Part shown: positions 25,669 through 35,593 of the stretch, piece by piece
Position numbering within the stretch: position 1 is the stretch's first letter
Layout: each line of letters opens with the position of its first letter
From: a virus
Length of the DNA stretch: 64,000 nt
Virus record (IMG/VR): IMGVR_UViG_3300046786_000686
Coordinates: 1-64,000 of that record
Strand: one strand, 5' to 3'
Made by a program: the position numbers and the translations under genes
The notes under the pieces: generated by a model
What the model was told of the DNA's origin: nothing
Databases searched by the model: none
The model's input: the letters and a program-made list of their open reading frames with translations, nothing else

Positions 25669-28583
25669 TGCCATATAATTTTGAAGCGACATTCGTACAA
25701 CCATTACTAACACAACTTGACGCAGGGCAGATCAAGGGGGCTGAATCATGGGCGGATGCGATCACAAAGGCATATATCAATACGATTAAGATGGGACTTC
25801 CGCAAGGAGCTCCTGCTGTACTACCTGCTCCTGGTCTAGCAGTGCCACCAGCACCACCTCCACCATATCCAATTATAGTGACTCCATTCACTACAGCCAA
25901 TACTAAGAGTAAGGCGATGTACACCGTTGTGCATGCTTATTTTATGGCTAAGGAGATGAAACTCGAAAAAGGTGCAATTGAAAGCTTGATAGCTTCGGTG
26001 AAGCAGTTAATACAAAAGGTTAAGCAGAGATATAGACAAGTAAAAGCCTTAACCGAGCGTATCAAGCAAATTAGTGAGCAACTTAAAGAATTACCAAAGC
26101 TGATCAAGGATATTATTGCTGATATTAAGGAGGAGATTAAGAGTCAAATTCAAAAAGTGCAAGAGATATTTGATCAAATGAAATCGATGGAGATAGAAGT
26201 TGGACCAGTCGAATGGAATAACCTATTTCAACAAGAGATTGCTTTGATCGATAAATTAAAGAACTTTGACATTACATCAGTAGCTGGTATAAGAGACTTG
26301 GCGTTGTTAGTATCGTCTTACGGAAAGCGTACGAATACTCTTCTAGGCTTGACTGAAAATAGTCAAGCAGCAAAGAATTATTTTCAAACCAAGTTGGTAT
26401 CAATTGCTCGTGAGTTTTTGAAGTTCGGAGATGCGGCTGTGGATCCAACTAAAATACTAGACTTCTTAAACGGGATAGCTTCGGCAAGACCTAGAGTAGA
26501 GCGTTTATTGCAAAAAGTGAAGCGATTTGATCTGTTTGTGAGATTTATACAACCAAAACTGAGAAAGCTAGAGTATAAGAAGAGAGAGTTGATCAAAAAG
26601 ATTCGAGAAGCTATACAACCAAAGATAATAGAGCTTCAGAAAAAGTTGAGTGATAAGGTTGCCGAGTACACTAAAAGATTTCAGAATAGTAAGATGGCCT
26701 CTTTGTATAAGAATGCTAAAAAGACCATAAAGGACTTCAAAGAAAAGCATCAGAAGAAGGTCAAAAGAGAGAAGGATAGGATTACACTACTAAAAAAAGC
26801 GTATCAGCAAACTATCAAGGCTGTCGGTACATCCACAGCTCTTATAGAAGGTTTGAAGCTCGAGTTTCAAAGCATTCAAAAGGAGATTGAGAGTTATCAG
26901 CAAAAACTAAAGAATGTGGATATTCCAGAATTTAATAAACCAACACCACCAGACTTTGATCTGCAAGGACTGAGTCCTAAAGCACTAAAAGCTGAGCTAG
27001 AGAAGGTTAAGGATTATTTTAATTCAATGGGTCTTGCTGAGTTTGGTAATTTAGGAGCACTAGTGATAACCCAAGTTAAGTGTGATTTTACAGTCTTCAA
27101 GACTTTCTTTGAGCGTAAAAGACAAACGATCAAGAAGTATGTTGATGAGATGGTAGAGTTAGAAAAAACCATTAAAGGTTTATTTAATACGCTGCAAGAG
27201 ATACGAGATACTAAAGAGAAGAATCACAAGAGAGTTGATGCAAATAAGTCAAATTTTGAAGCTTGGGCATCTAAACGGTTAAAATCAATGAAAGATGTGT
27301 TACACACACTTGTCACATGGATGAAACCAACACTGAATCGCATCAAGCAATGGATATCCAAAAAAATTAAACAAGTCACAGACTTTATCAAAAACGACTT
27401 GAAGAAGTTTGAAGAGGATATTAAGGTGTTTGCCATAAACCTACTACCAATCAAGAGCGATCTGCAAGATAAGAAGGACGCTAAATTGGAAGCTGAGGCT
27501 AAGCTACGAAAAATACGTGATAAGATCGCTAAGATTAAGAGATTAATCAAATTAGGATCCTTCGTGCAGAAAATGGTGAAAGGCTCATTAAAGCTGATTA
27601 ATAACGTTTCTACGGGGAACATAAAATTGTCTGAGAATCAAAACCACATTGATACATTCTTAGATGGTTATTATGGTTTGAAGATAGAGCAATCACCAAA
27701 ACAGCAACCTACATTTATGGCTCAAAAGCGTAAGTTTAAGGATGAGTTTAAGGCTTTGCTTGTGATCGAAGCATTAGCATATGGTTTGATCGAAACTATC
27801 AAGGATATCAAAGACACGGATTTCAAAGCAGAGCTAGATCAGGTTATACAAAACGCCAAAAGTAATGCACCAGGAGTGGATACGATAAAAGCTATTCAAG
27901 CACTAGCAACAAATCCACCTAAGGATTTCAACTCACTAAAATCAGGATTAGAGTCTTTGGGGACAGATATTCTAATAGACAGTTCTATAGCAACAAATAT
28001 CCTGAACCTTGAACGTAAGTATTTACTGAGAAGTCGTGAGGTTGTTAAGGTACTCTGTGATTCTAAGAAGATTAAGGATAGTAAATTTGCTCCCAAGTTA
28101 GAAAAGGTAAAGACAACGCTAGAGAAGAATCAATCATTCATCTTATTAGGTTTTAAGATGCTGAATGAGGAGCTTAAAAAGTTTGTAGCTTGGGTTAAGA
28201 AAAAGATTAAAAAGGTTGTGGATGCAATTAAGGTTAAATTGCAAGCAATTCGATCAAAGGTTGAAAAACAAGCTGAAGACGAAGCAAAGAAGTACATTGA
28301 AAAAAAGGTAAACCTAGAAGCACCTATAATGAGTGCCATAATGGGATTAGCAGCTCGAGCATTATGGACTGGTGCAACTTGGACCAGTGCAGCCGGAGTA
28401 CAACACGTTTCACTAAACATTGGTGCATTCAAACCAATGAAAGCGAAGAGTACGGAAGGAGCTTCTGCGATGATTCGTGAAATGGCTAAAGGATTTGAAG
28501 CCCAGTTAACAGTGATGAGTGGTTTAGTCATTCCACCAGCTAATACTGGAATACCACCGCTACCATTTACGGGCTACAAATAA
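25668..28583 (+). CDS. Long Lys-rich coiled-coil virion protein
   Basis: 971 aa; Pro-rich ends flanking a long helical K/E-rich core. Confidence 0.6.
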   Translation: MPYNFEATFVQPLLTQLDAGQIKGAESWADAITKAYINTIKMGLPQGAPAVLPAPGLAVPPAPPPPYPIIVTPFTTANTKSKAMYTVVHAYFMAKEMKLEKGAIESLIASVKQLIQKVKQRYRQVKALTERIKQISEQLKELPKLIKDIIADIKEEIKSQIQKVQEIFDQMKSMEIEVGPVEWNNLFQQEIALIDKLKNFDITSVAGIRDLALLVSSYGKRTNTLLGLTENSQAAKNYFQTKLVSIAREFLKFGDAAVDPTKILDFLNGIASARPRVERLLQKVKRFDLFVRFIQPKLRKLEYKKRELIKKIREAIQPKIIELQKKLSDKVAEYTKRFQNSKMASLYKNAKKTIKDFKEKHQKKVKREKDRITLLKKAYQQTIKAVGTSTALIEGLKLEFQSIQKEIESYQQKLKNVDIPEFNKPTPPDFDLQGLSPKALKAELEKVKDYFNSMGLAEFGNLGALVITQVKCDFTVFKTFFERKRQTIKKYVDEMVELEKTIKGLFNTLQEIRDTKEKNHKRVDANKSNFEAWASKRLKSMKDVLHTLVTWMKPTLNRIKQWISKKIKQVTDFIKNDLKKFEEDIKVFAINLLPIKSDLQDKKDAKLEAEAKLRKIRDKIAKIKRLIKLGSFVQKMVKGSLKLINNVSTGNIKLSENQNHIDTFLDGYYGLKIEQSPKQQPTFMAQKRKFKDEFKALLVIEALAYGLIETIKDIKDTDFKAELDQVIQNAKSNAPGVDTIKAIQALATNPPKDFNSLKSGLESLGTDILIDSSIATNILNLERKYLLRSREVVKVLCDSKKIKDSKFAPKLEKVKTTLEKNQSFILLGFKMLNEELKKFVAWVKKKIKKVVDAIKVKLQAIRSKVEKQAEDEAKKYIEKKVNLEAPIMSAIMGLAARALWTGATWTSAAGVQHVSLNIGAFKPMKAKSTEGASAMIREMAKGFEAQLTVMSGLVIPPANTGIPPLPFTGYK

Positions 28584-28611
28584 AACCGAACACTATTTAT
28601 ATTAAAACGAG

Positions 28612-29049
28612 ATGAAAGGATCTGAATTTGTAAACCTTTTACGCAAAGTGATTCGTGAAGAAGTGCGATCAGTCGTAAAAGAAGAGCTAAAGCAAGCTCT
28701 CAAACCAGTTATCGTCGAAAGTACAACAAAGGTTTCGAAGACAACTACACCAACTGCTCCAAAAAAAGCAGTACCAACAGCTAAAGCCCCTAAGTTTGAA
28801 GGACCAATGGCAGGCATCTTAGCTGAAACCTACCAATCCATGTTAATGGACCCAGTAGAGGATCCAGAAGCGGAGTGGCCTGATATGAATATGGGTGGAA
28901 TGATGAGTAGCATGGTACAAGGACAACCCCAACCAATGTCACAAGGTGGAGTTGCTGCAATGAATCAGGAAGTGAACATGGATAGTTTAATGCGTGACTA
29001 TTCTCATGTGTTGAAGGCATCTGAACAAAAGTCTCAAGGTAAATACTAA
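28612..29049 (+). CDS. Hypothetical protein (LRKVIREEVR..VKEE leader)
   Basis: TATTTAT at 28594-28600. Confidence 0.65.
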   Translation: MKGSEFVNLLRKVIREEVRSVVKEELKQALKPVIVESTTKVSKTTTPTAPKKAVPTAKAPKFEGPMAGILAETYQSMLMDPVEDPEAEWPDMNMGGMMSSMVQGQPQPMSQGGVAAMNQEVNMDSLMRDYSHVLKASEQKSQGKY

Positions 29050-29474
29050 TGGCAATCGAAATAAAATTACATCCGCTTGATTTTGAACCAGACGTAGCTG
29101 TCGGTATTGATCTTCCTATGATTAGTGGAGTCGGTGCAGCTTTCAAAATGAACTATACAACATTGGATCAAGCAGTAGCAAACGCTAAAAACCTATTGTT
29201 AACCAATAAAGGTGAGCGTATCATGCAACCCGACTTTGGATGTGATTTAAGAAACACCTTGTTTGAAAATATCACAGAGGAGCTTACCGTAACAATGGAG
29301 AATACCATTCGTGAGAGTTTTGATTATTGGCTTCCTTACATATTTATTAACAAGCTGACGATAACACCATACCCTGAGAATAACCGCATCAACATACTGA
29401 TGGAGATAAGTCTAGAGGGTAATAAATTTGACACAAGATCAATCCAGCTTGAATTGACAAATACGAACGGATAA
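29049..29474 (+). CDS. Baseplate wedge protein, gp25-like
   Basis: NLLLTNKGERIMQPDFGCDLRNTLFE. Confidence 0.88.
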   Translation: MAIEIKLHPLDFEPDVAVGIDLPMISGVGAAFKMNYTTLDQAVANAKNLLLTNKGERIMQPDFGCDLRNTLFENITEELTVTMENTIRESFDYWLPYIFINKLTITPYPENNRINILMEISLEGNKFDTRSIQLELTNTNG

Positions 29475-29479
29475 ACACA

Positions 29480-31372
29480 ATGGCAAACATATCTAAAACA
29501 ACATCGAAAGATATTAAGTACCTTGGTAGGGACTTTGACTCTCTTAAAAAGGGATTGATTGACTTTGCCAGAATTTACTATCCAAACACATATAACGATT
29601 TTAACGAAGCATCACCAGGAATGATGTTTGTTGAGATGGCTGCTTATGTTGGTGATGTGTTAAACTATTACGTTGATTCTCAATTTAAGGAGTCAATGCT
29701 CTTACACGCTACCGAAACACGTAGTGTAATGTCTATTGCATCAGCAATGGGATATAAACCAAAAATGTCTACACCATCGATTGTAGACGTTGATATATTT
29801 CAACTACTACCACCATCAGGAAGTGGTAATCAAACAGCACCCGACATGCGTTATGCATTGAAAGTTGAACCAGGAATGCGTTTGAGAAGTAGTGTAGGAA
29901 GTACTGAGTTCATGGTTCAAAATAAAGTTGACTTCACAATCAATAATCAATTTGATCCAACCTCAATATCAGTCTACAAACTAGACGGTAGTGGTTTACC
30001 AGAATACTACATGGCTAAAAAGACAGTCAAAGCTGTATCGGCTCAACCGAAAACAATGACTGTCGATGTTGGTTCACCTACTAAGTTTTTCAAGTTCCTG
30101 ATCCAGGATACTAATCTAATTGGTATTGATTCTATTAAGGACGCTGATGGAAATATTTGGTATGAAGTGCCTTATCTAGCTCAAGATACTATTTTTGAAA
30201 AACTAGAAAATACAACATACAATGATCCTGATGCTGCTGTTTATAGTAGTGAGACACCTTATCTAATGAAACTGAAGCGTGTACCTAGAAGATTCATTTC
30301 TAGAATCACTGAAGATGGGATTGAGGTTCAATTTGGATCAGGAGTGAGTTCGTCACCTGATGAAGAGTTGTTAGCAACTCCAGAAAATATCAGTTTATCC
30401 TTACCGACTGGAAAAGATGATATTGATTGGTCGGTAGATCCAGCAGCTCCAGTTATTACAAAGGCTTATGGTATCGCTCCATCAAACACAACACTAACTG
30501 TAACCTACTTAGTCGGTGGTGGTATCAGCTCAAATTCACCTAGCAATACAATCAATGAAATCATTAGCATAGATACAACGGGTACTAGTTTACCACAGAC
30601 AAATACAACACTAAATGCAACAATCTTCAATTCGGTAGCTGTGAATAATCCAGTTGCTGCTTCTGGTGGACGTGGTGCAGAAACGTTGGATGAGATTCGT
30701 GAAAATGCAATTGCACAATTAGCATCTCAGAATCGAGCGGTAACTAAGGAAGACTACATTGTAAGAGCTTATGCAATGCCAAATGTATTTGGTAGTGTTG
30801 CCAAAGTTTATATTAGCCCAGATGAGCAAAACAATATTCAATCGTCTGAGGTCAATGACACAGTTGCAAACCCATTAGCATTGAATATGTACATGCTTGG
30901 ATATGACAACAATAAGAACTGTGTTAAAGTAAACCGAGCTGTAAAAGAAAATCTAAAAACATACCTATCACAATATAGAATGTTGACGGACAGCATTAAT
31001 TTTAGAGATGCGTACGTGATTAATATTGGAGTTGATTTTGATATTATTCCAATACCAAGCTTCAATGCAAATGAAGTAATCTTGGGTTGTGTAAATGCGT
31101 TGAAATCGTACTTTGAAATCGATAGATGGCAGATTAACCAACCAATCGTGTTCAGTGATGTATTTAACACCTTACTCAAAGTTAATGGTGTACAAACTGT
31201 AACAGGAATTAAGATTAAAAATCTTAACGACGAACTGCAAGGATATAGTAATGTGTATTACGATATTCAAGAAGCTACCCGAAATGGAATAGTGTATCCT
31301 AGCTTGGATCCAGCCATATTCGAAGTTAAGTTTCCAAACAACGACATTAAAGGACGAGTAGTAACATTCTAA
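29480..31372 (+). CDS. Baseplate wedge protein, gp6/baseplate J-like
   Basis: DFDSLK..NDFNEASPGMMFVEMAAYVGDVL, ASGG..ETLDEIR, QNRAVTKEDY. Confidence 0.88.
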   Translation: MANISKTTSKDIKYLGRDFDSLKKGLIDFARIYYPNTYNDFNEASPGMMFVEMAAYVGDVLNYYVDSQFKESMLLHATETRSVMSIASAMGYKPKMSTPSIVDVDIFQLLPPSGSGNQTAPDMRYALKVEPGMRLRSSVGSTEFMVQNKVDFTINNQFDPTSISVYKLDGSGLPEYYMAKKTVKAVSAQPKTMTVDVGSPTKFFKFLIQDTNLIGIDSIKDADGNIWYEVPYLAQDTIFEKLENTTYNDPDAAVYSSETPYLMKLKRVPRRFISRITEDGIEVQFGSGVSSSPDEELLATPENISLSLPTGKDDIDWSVDPAAPVITKAYGIAPSNTTLTVTYLVGGGISSNSPSNTINEIISIDTTGTSLPQTNTTLNATIFNSVAVNNPVAASGGRGAETLDEIRENAIAQLASQNRAVTKEDYIVRAYAMPNVFGSVAKVYISPDEQNNIQSSEVNDTVANPLALNMYMLGYDNNKNCVKVNRAVKENLKTYLSQYRMLTDSINFRDAYVINIGVDFDIIPIPSFNANEVILGCVNALKSYFEIDRWQINQPIVFSDVFNTLLKVNGVQTVTGIKIKNLNDELQGYSNVYYDIQEATRNGIVYPSLDPAIFEVKFPNNDIKGRVVTF

Positions 31373-31374
31373 TT

Positions 31375-32463
31375 ATGGTAATAAGATTTTATCCAACAAA
31401 GGACGCCACAATATACGAGGCAAACCCAAACAAGAATACTGGGTTGGATGCCATATTGGAGTTAAACAAGACTATCACAGCAACGGGAGCATACAACTCA
31501 CGAATGCTTCTAGGATTTGACTACAACACAATATCTTCCAGTATAGCTGCTCTAGGAGTTAATCCAAAGAGTTGTAGCTATGGTTTGAAATTGTACACAG
31601 CAACAGCTGATGAGATTCCAACAGACTATACAATCTACGCGTACCCAATTGGTAACTCTTGGGATATGGGTGTTGGTAGGTCTTCAAACATTCCGATCAC
31701 AACAACTGGTGTAAGCTGGCTATATCGTGAATCTGAAGATATTCCTGCAACAGCGTGGCCAACAGCATCATTTCCAGCAGGAACCACCGGTTCTTGGAAT
31801 AGTTCTGTAGGGGGTGGTATTTGGTATACTGGATCAGCTGCTTCACAATCGTATTCGTATACTACAACGGATATTGATATGGATGTCAATAACATTATGC
31901 ATAGCGTTCAATCTGGTAGTATTCCGTTTTATGGTTTCCTTATCAAGAAGAGCGAGGCCGATGAAGCTTCAGCAAAGTTGTTTGGAAGCTTAAAATTCTT
32001 TAGTAAAGATACAAATACAGTTTATTTACCGGTACTTGAAGTTAAGTATGATGATAGTATAAATGCTCAATCATTAACGCAAATCAATGTAAACGAGGAG
32101 AATCGAATTATATTAACAAACTTAAAAAAGTCGTACCCGGAAAATTCAAGACCAATTTTTAGAATTTCGGCAAGACCGTTATATCCGCCGTACACATTCA
32201 GTACTGTAGATCCTCACATGGTAGAATACAGACTACCAACTGGATCACAATATGCTGTGTATAGTGCTCAGAGTGAGGATGTTGTTATTGACTTTAGCAA
32301 CTACACAAAGGTGAGTGACGACGCTGCAGGCAACTATATAAAATTGCACTTGGATAGTTTTCAACCAGAGAGATACTACAAACTATTGTTTAGAGTTCCT
32401 AATGGAGATGGTACATACGAGGTGTACGACAACAAGTGGATTTTCAAAGTTGCACGTAGCTAA
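31375..32463 (+). CDS. Virion structural protein
   Basis: KDATIYE..NTG..LEL, W..GxG..GVSW pattern; baseplate operon. Confidence 0.6.
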   Translation: MVIRFYPTKDATIYEANPNKNTGLDAILELNKTITATGAYNSRMLLGFDYNTISSSIAALGVNPKSCSYGLKLYTATADEIPTDYTIYAYPIGNSWDMGVGRSSNIPITTTGVSWLYRESEDIPATAWPTASFPAGTTGSWNSSVGGGIWYTGSAASQSYSYTTTDIDMDVNNIMHSVQSGSIPFYGFLIKKSEADEASAKLFGSLKFFSKDTNTVYLPVLEVKYDDSINAQSLTQINVNEENRIILTNLKKSYPENSRPIFRISARPLYPPYTFSTVDPHMVEYRLPTGSQYAVYSAQSEDVVIDFSNYTKVSDDAAGNYIKLHLDSFQPERYYKLLFRVPNGDGTYEVYDNKWIFKVARS

Positions 32464-35400
32464 TGAGGTTTCCAGACAATTCATTAAACGGTGATCTGAA
32501 CGATAACTTCGCTCCAAAAATATCAGGTAGCGTTGGTAGAATCCCTGTGTCCGATGTTAATGAAAATGAGACAGTTTACGATTTATTGCCAGTGATCATA
32601 AACAGACCACCAGTAATAACAAAGTCAATTTCAGAAGCTTCCTACCCACCAATCAAACCTTACACAGCAGCCAATGCTACTGGTGAGGCTATGTATCAGT
32701 TTCCAGATGGAACGGTAAAGATTAATCTAGGAGCTAAGGTAACTCTCAGAATCCAAGCAGAGCAACCACCAATACTTAACGTAGAAAATGGTGTGCCAAC
32801 AATGATCAAATCAACACAAGGTTTGACGTATATTTGGCGTAAAGATGGTCAGATGATTGTTTCTGAGTATCGAGAATCTTTAGCATCATCGGTAACTGTG
32901 AAGGGATCTGAGTTGGTGTTTGATAACATGCAACCGAGAGATGCTGGTGCCTATACGTGTGAAATATCAAATGACATTGGTAGTGTTTCCAGTGAACCAA
33001 TCCAAGTAGAGGTGTTAAACCTCGACTTTGATTCATACTTTTACAGAAACCTCATCAAAAACCCATACGGATTAGATGGTACTAACGAGTGGTCAGCAAA
33101 TAACGATGATCTAACAACAAAAGCATTAGTTAAAACAGAATCGCCTCAGGACTTCATACAACCAAATAAAGTTAACCTATTTGGTTATACTATGGATATG
33201 ATGCATCCAAGACCTTATCAAATCGAACCTGGTGTAATTCAGGACTTGAAGATGACTGATACGTTCTTAAAACCAGGTGCTTCTTATTTTACAAGAACAA
33301 GGTATAAGTTTGAAACTAAGGGAGGTTCTTTCTTAGTGAGAGCTTACCAAGATATTGATCTGTCAGACATTCAATGGCTGATAAGAGGTGGTGTATTTGG
33401 TGTAGAGGGTGTTAGAGCTTTCTTTAGTTGTTACATTGGTATGGCATTGCCATCCTTCATTCCAGTTAGAGAGTTGATCAGTCTCGATCAGCGTACTAAG
33501 GACACTAACTATGTTATGAGTAGACCACGTATAAGTCCTCAAAACTTTTTAATGGCTGGTCCTTCTCAAGGTCCAAATGAGAATGTTAGTGTTTATTTTG
33601 AGGAATACGATAATGAAACGCGTTTGACTTCAAAACTGATGCAAGAAGATGGTTCTGTTCGTGAGCAGAGTGATCGTGTTGCTTTTGTGGATCCATGGAG
33701 TAAACGTATGTGGAAATATTGGGGTCAACAGTATTACAAGAATGATATATTTGGTTTAGGTGAAACCTCAAAAGGCGATGGAAGGGATGCAACACTCTTT
33801 ACAGCTGATGAGTTATACCCAGATCAGAAAACACGATTTACATACGGTCAGTATGTTGAGTTTAATAAAGCGATCATTGCTAAGCTAAACCCACAAACAA
33901 CAAAGGTACGAATCACGCTAAACTTTAATACCACGGACTGGCGTTTATTTGAAATGTGGCGAGATGCTTATGAGCAAGGTGATGAGATCCTTGATTTCGT
34001 TAGTTGGGAATCTCCATACGAAAGACATAAATGGACTAAGCCAGCATTGGATTGGGGTAAACTAATCATTCCACAATTGGTATCGGGTGATGCTGTGAAA
34101 GATCGTTTAAGTGCAGATCAACTAACAACGTATAAAAACAAACCAATAGCGGAAAAAGCTGGAGCAGCACAAGATCCTCGTGGAATGGTCACTGGCTTGA
34201 ATCTTGCTTTATTGCCAGTACTGACTCAGCACAAAGATGCTACTAATTACTACACGTCTATAACTCTAGCACCAAACGAAACACCACAATCAAATTTAGA
34301 AAGTGGCTTGGTTGTTGGTAGGGATTATGATCCATACGGGCTTGCTACTAGAAAGCTTAATCTTCAATTTGGGTTCAAAACAAGTGCAACACCAAAATTA
34401 ACCAATTTGGGTAAGTTGGTAACCGAGCATAAATTGGAATTGGGTCTTAGTGTACAAAATCCAGGTCAAAAAAATTCTGTAAGACTTGACGTTGATGCGA
34501 ATAGTCTATTACCATTTGCGCCAAATAAGAGTGTGTTCTACGAAAAGTCTCAAGTCCTTAAGCAAGCTGCTAGTGACATGACTGCTATGAGTAGTTACAT
34601 AAAGTATAACACCACAAACAAGGCAGCAAAACCAGGAGCATTTAATACATACAAAAAACTAGCCCTTGATCCATTACACAAGGATAAGTACGTTCTTGTG
34701 GATGGTGGTGAAAGAGCACCACTACAAGGCGATGAAGAATCAAAAGTGTGGAATAATAAGGTCAGATTTGAGCTTTTATTTAGCTTACCAAGCTCTAGTG
34801 TGCAGCAAACGCAAATCTTCACTGTAACGACAGGAGCTCCTCAACCACCGATCTACCCGCATCTACAGAAATATGAGTTGACAGTAGATTTTTCAAATAA
34901 GAGTGATAAAAAAGTCTTATTAAAGAGAACAACTACAATGCCAGGTCAAGGAGGAGGTTCTTTTGAGTTGCCATATGAAATTGATCCGTACGGAAAATTA
35001 ATATGCACAATTCCAGACGGAGTTGTTTATGGTCCTGCTGCGTTAGGTGGATGGGGCTATACAGCCAATAAAGGTGATATTACGATAAACGACACGCCAA
35101 TTAACTTGCTGAAAGGATTAAAAGAGAGTATAATATCTTCAGGCGTTAGACAAGAAAAGGGTAAGGAAGTCTTGGATCATGTTGATACAATCATTGATAA
35201 GACTAAGGCAAGTTCACAAGCAATGATTTCGGGCTCAGTAACATACAACCAATTAAACACGCTAACCGCATATCGTACCCAACTAGAATCTTACCAAAAA
35301 GGATTAGTTCAAAACATTAATCAATCTTTATATAAAGGTGTAGAGGAGGTTTGTAAGACATCCATAGTAGTAAAATGGACTGACTTGCAAGGTGCACCAA

Positions 35401-35570
35401 AACTAAGAAACACTACTGAGATGCCATCTTTGATAGGCGTTAGACCAGTTCCATATAGTGACACAGAAGATTTAGGAGGCAGTCCTTCCTATGGTGAGGA
35501 TGAGTTTGGTCTAAGCTATGCAATCAACTACCTACCAATCAAAGATTCTGGCTGGGGAACCTACAATTAG
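32463..35570 (+). CDS. Ig-like (I-set) domain virion protein with a carbohydrate-binding-like module
   Basis: YIWRKDG..LVFDNMQPRDAGAYTCEISNDIGSVSS; RNLIKNPYG..NEW. Confidence 0.7.
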   Translation: MRFPDNSLNGDLNDNFAPKISGSVGRIPVSDVNENETVYDLLPVIINRPPVITKSISEASYPPIKPYTAANATGEAMYQFPDGTVKINLGAKVTLRIQAEQPPILNVENGVPTMIKSTQGLTYIWRKDGQMIVSEYRESLASSVTVKGSELVFDNMQPRDAGAYTCEISNDIGSVSSEPIQVEVLNLDFDSYFYRNLIKNPYGLDGTNEWSANNDDLTTKALVKTESPQDFIQPNKVNLFGYTMDMMHPRPYQIEPGVIQDLKMTDTFLKPGASYFTRTRYKFETKGGSFLVRAYQDIDLSDIQWLIRGGVFGVEGVRAFFSCYIGMALPSFIPVRELISLDQRTKDTNYVMSRPRISPQNFLMAGPSQGPNENVSVYFEEYDNETRLTSKLMQEDGSVREQSDRVAFVDPWSKRMWKYWGQQYYKNDIFGLGETSKGDGRDATLFTADELYPDQKTRFTYGQYVEFNKAIIAKLNPQTTKVRITLNFNTTDWRLFEMWRDAYEQGDEILDFVSWESPYERHKWTKPALDWGKLIIPQLVSGDAVKDRLSADQLTTYKNKPIAEKAGAAQDPRGMVTGLNLALLPVLTQHKDATNYYTSITLAPNETPQSNLESGLVVGRDYDPYGLATRKLNLQFGFKTSATPKLTNLGKLVTEHKLELGLSVQNPGQKNSVRLDVDANSLLPFAPNKSVFYEKSQVLKQAASDMTAMSSYIKYNTTNKAAKPGAFNTYKKLALDPLHKDKYVLVDGGERAPLQGDEESKVWNNKVRFELLFSLPSSSVQQTQIFTVTTGAPQPPIYPHLQKYELTVDFSNKSDKKVLLKRTTTMPGQGGGSFELPYEIDPYGKLICTIPDGVVYGPAALGGWGYTANKGDITINDTPINLLKGLKESIISSGVRQEKGKEVLDHVDTIIDKTKASSQAMISGSVTYNQLNTLTAYRTQLESYQKGLVQNINQSLYKGVEEVCKTSIVVKWTDLQGAPKLRNTTEMPSLIGVRPVPYSDTEDLGGSPSYGEDEFGLSYAINYLPIKDSGWGTYN

Positions 35571-35593
35571 TTTTCCTCGATATTTAATAGTAG

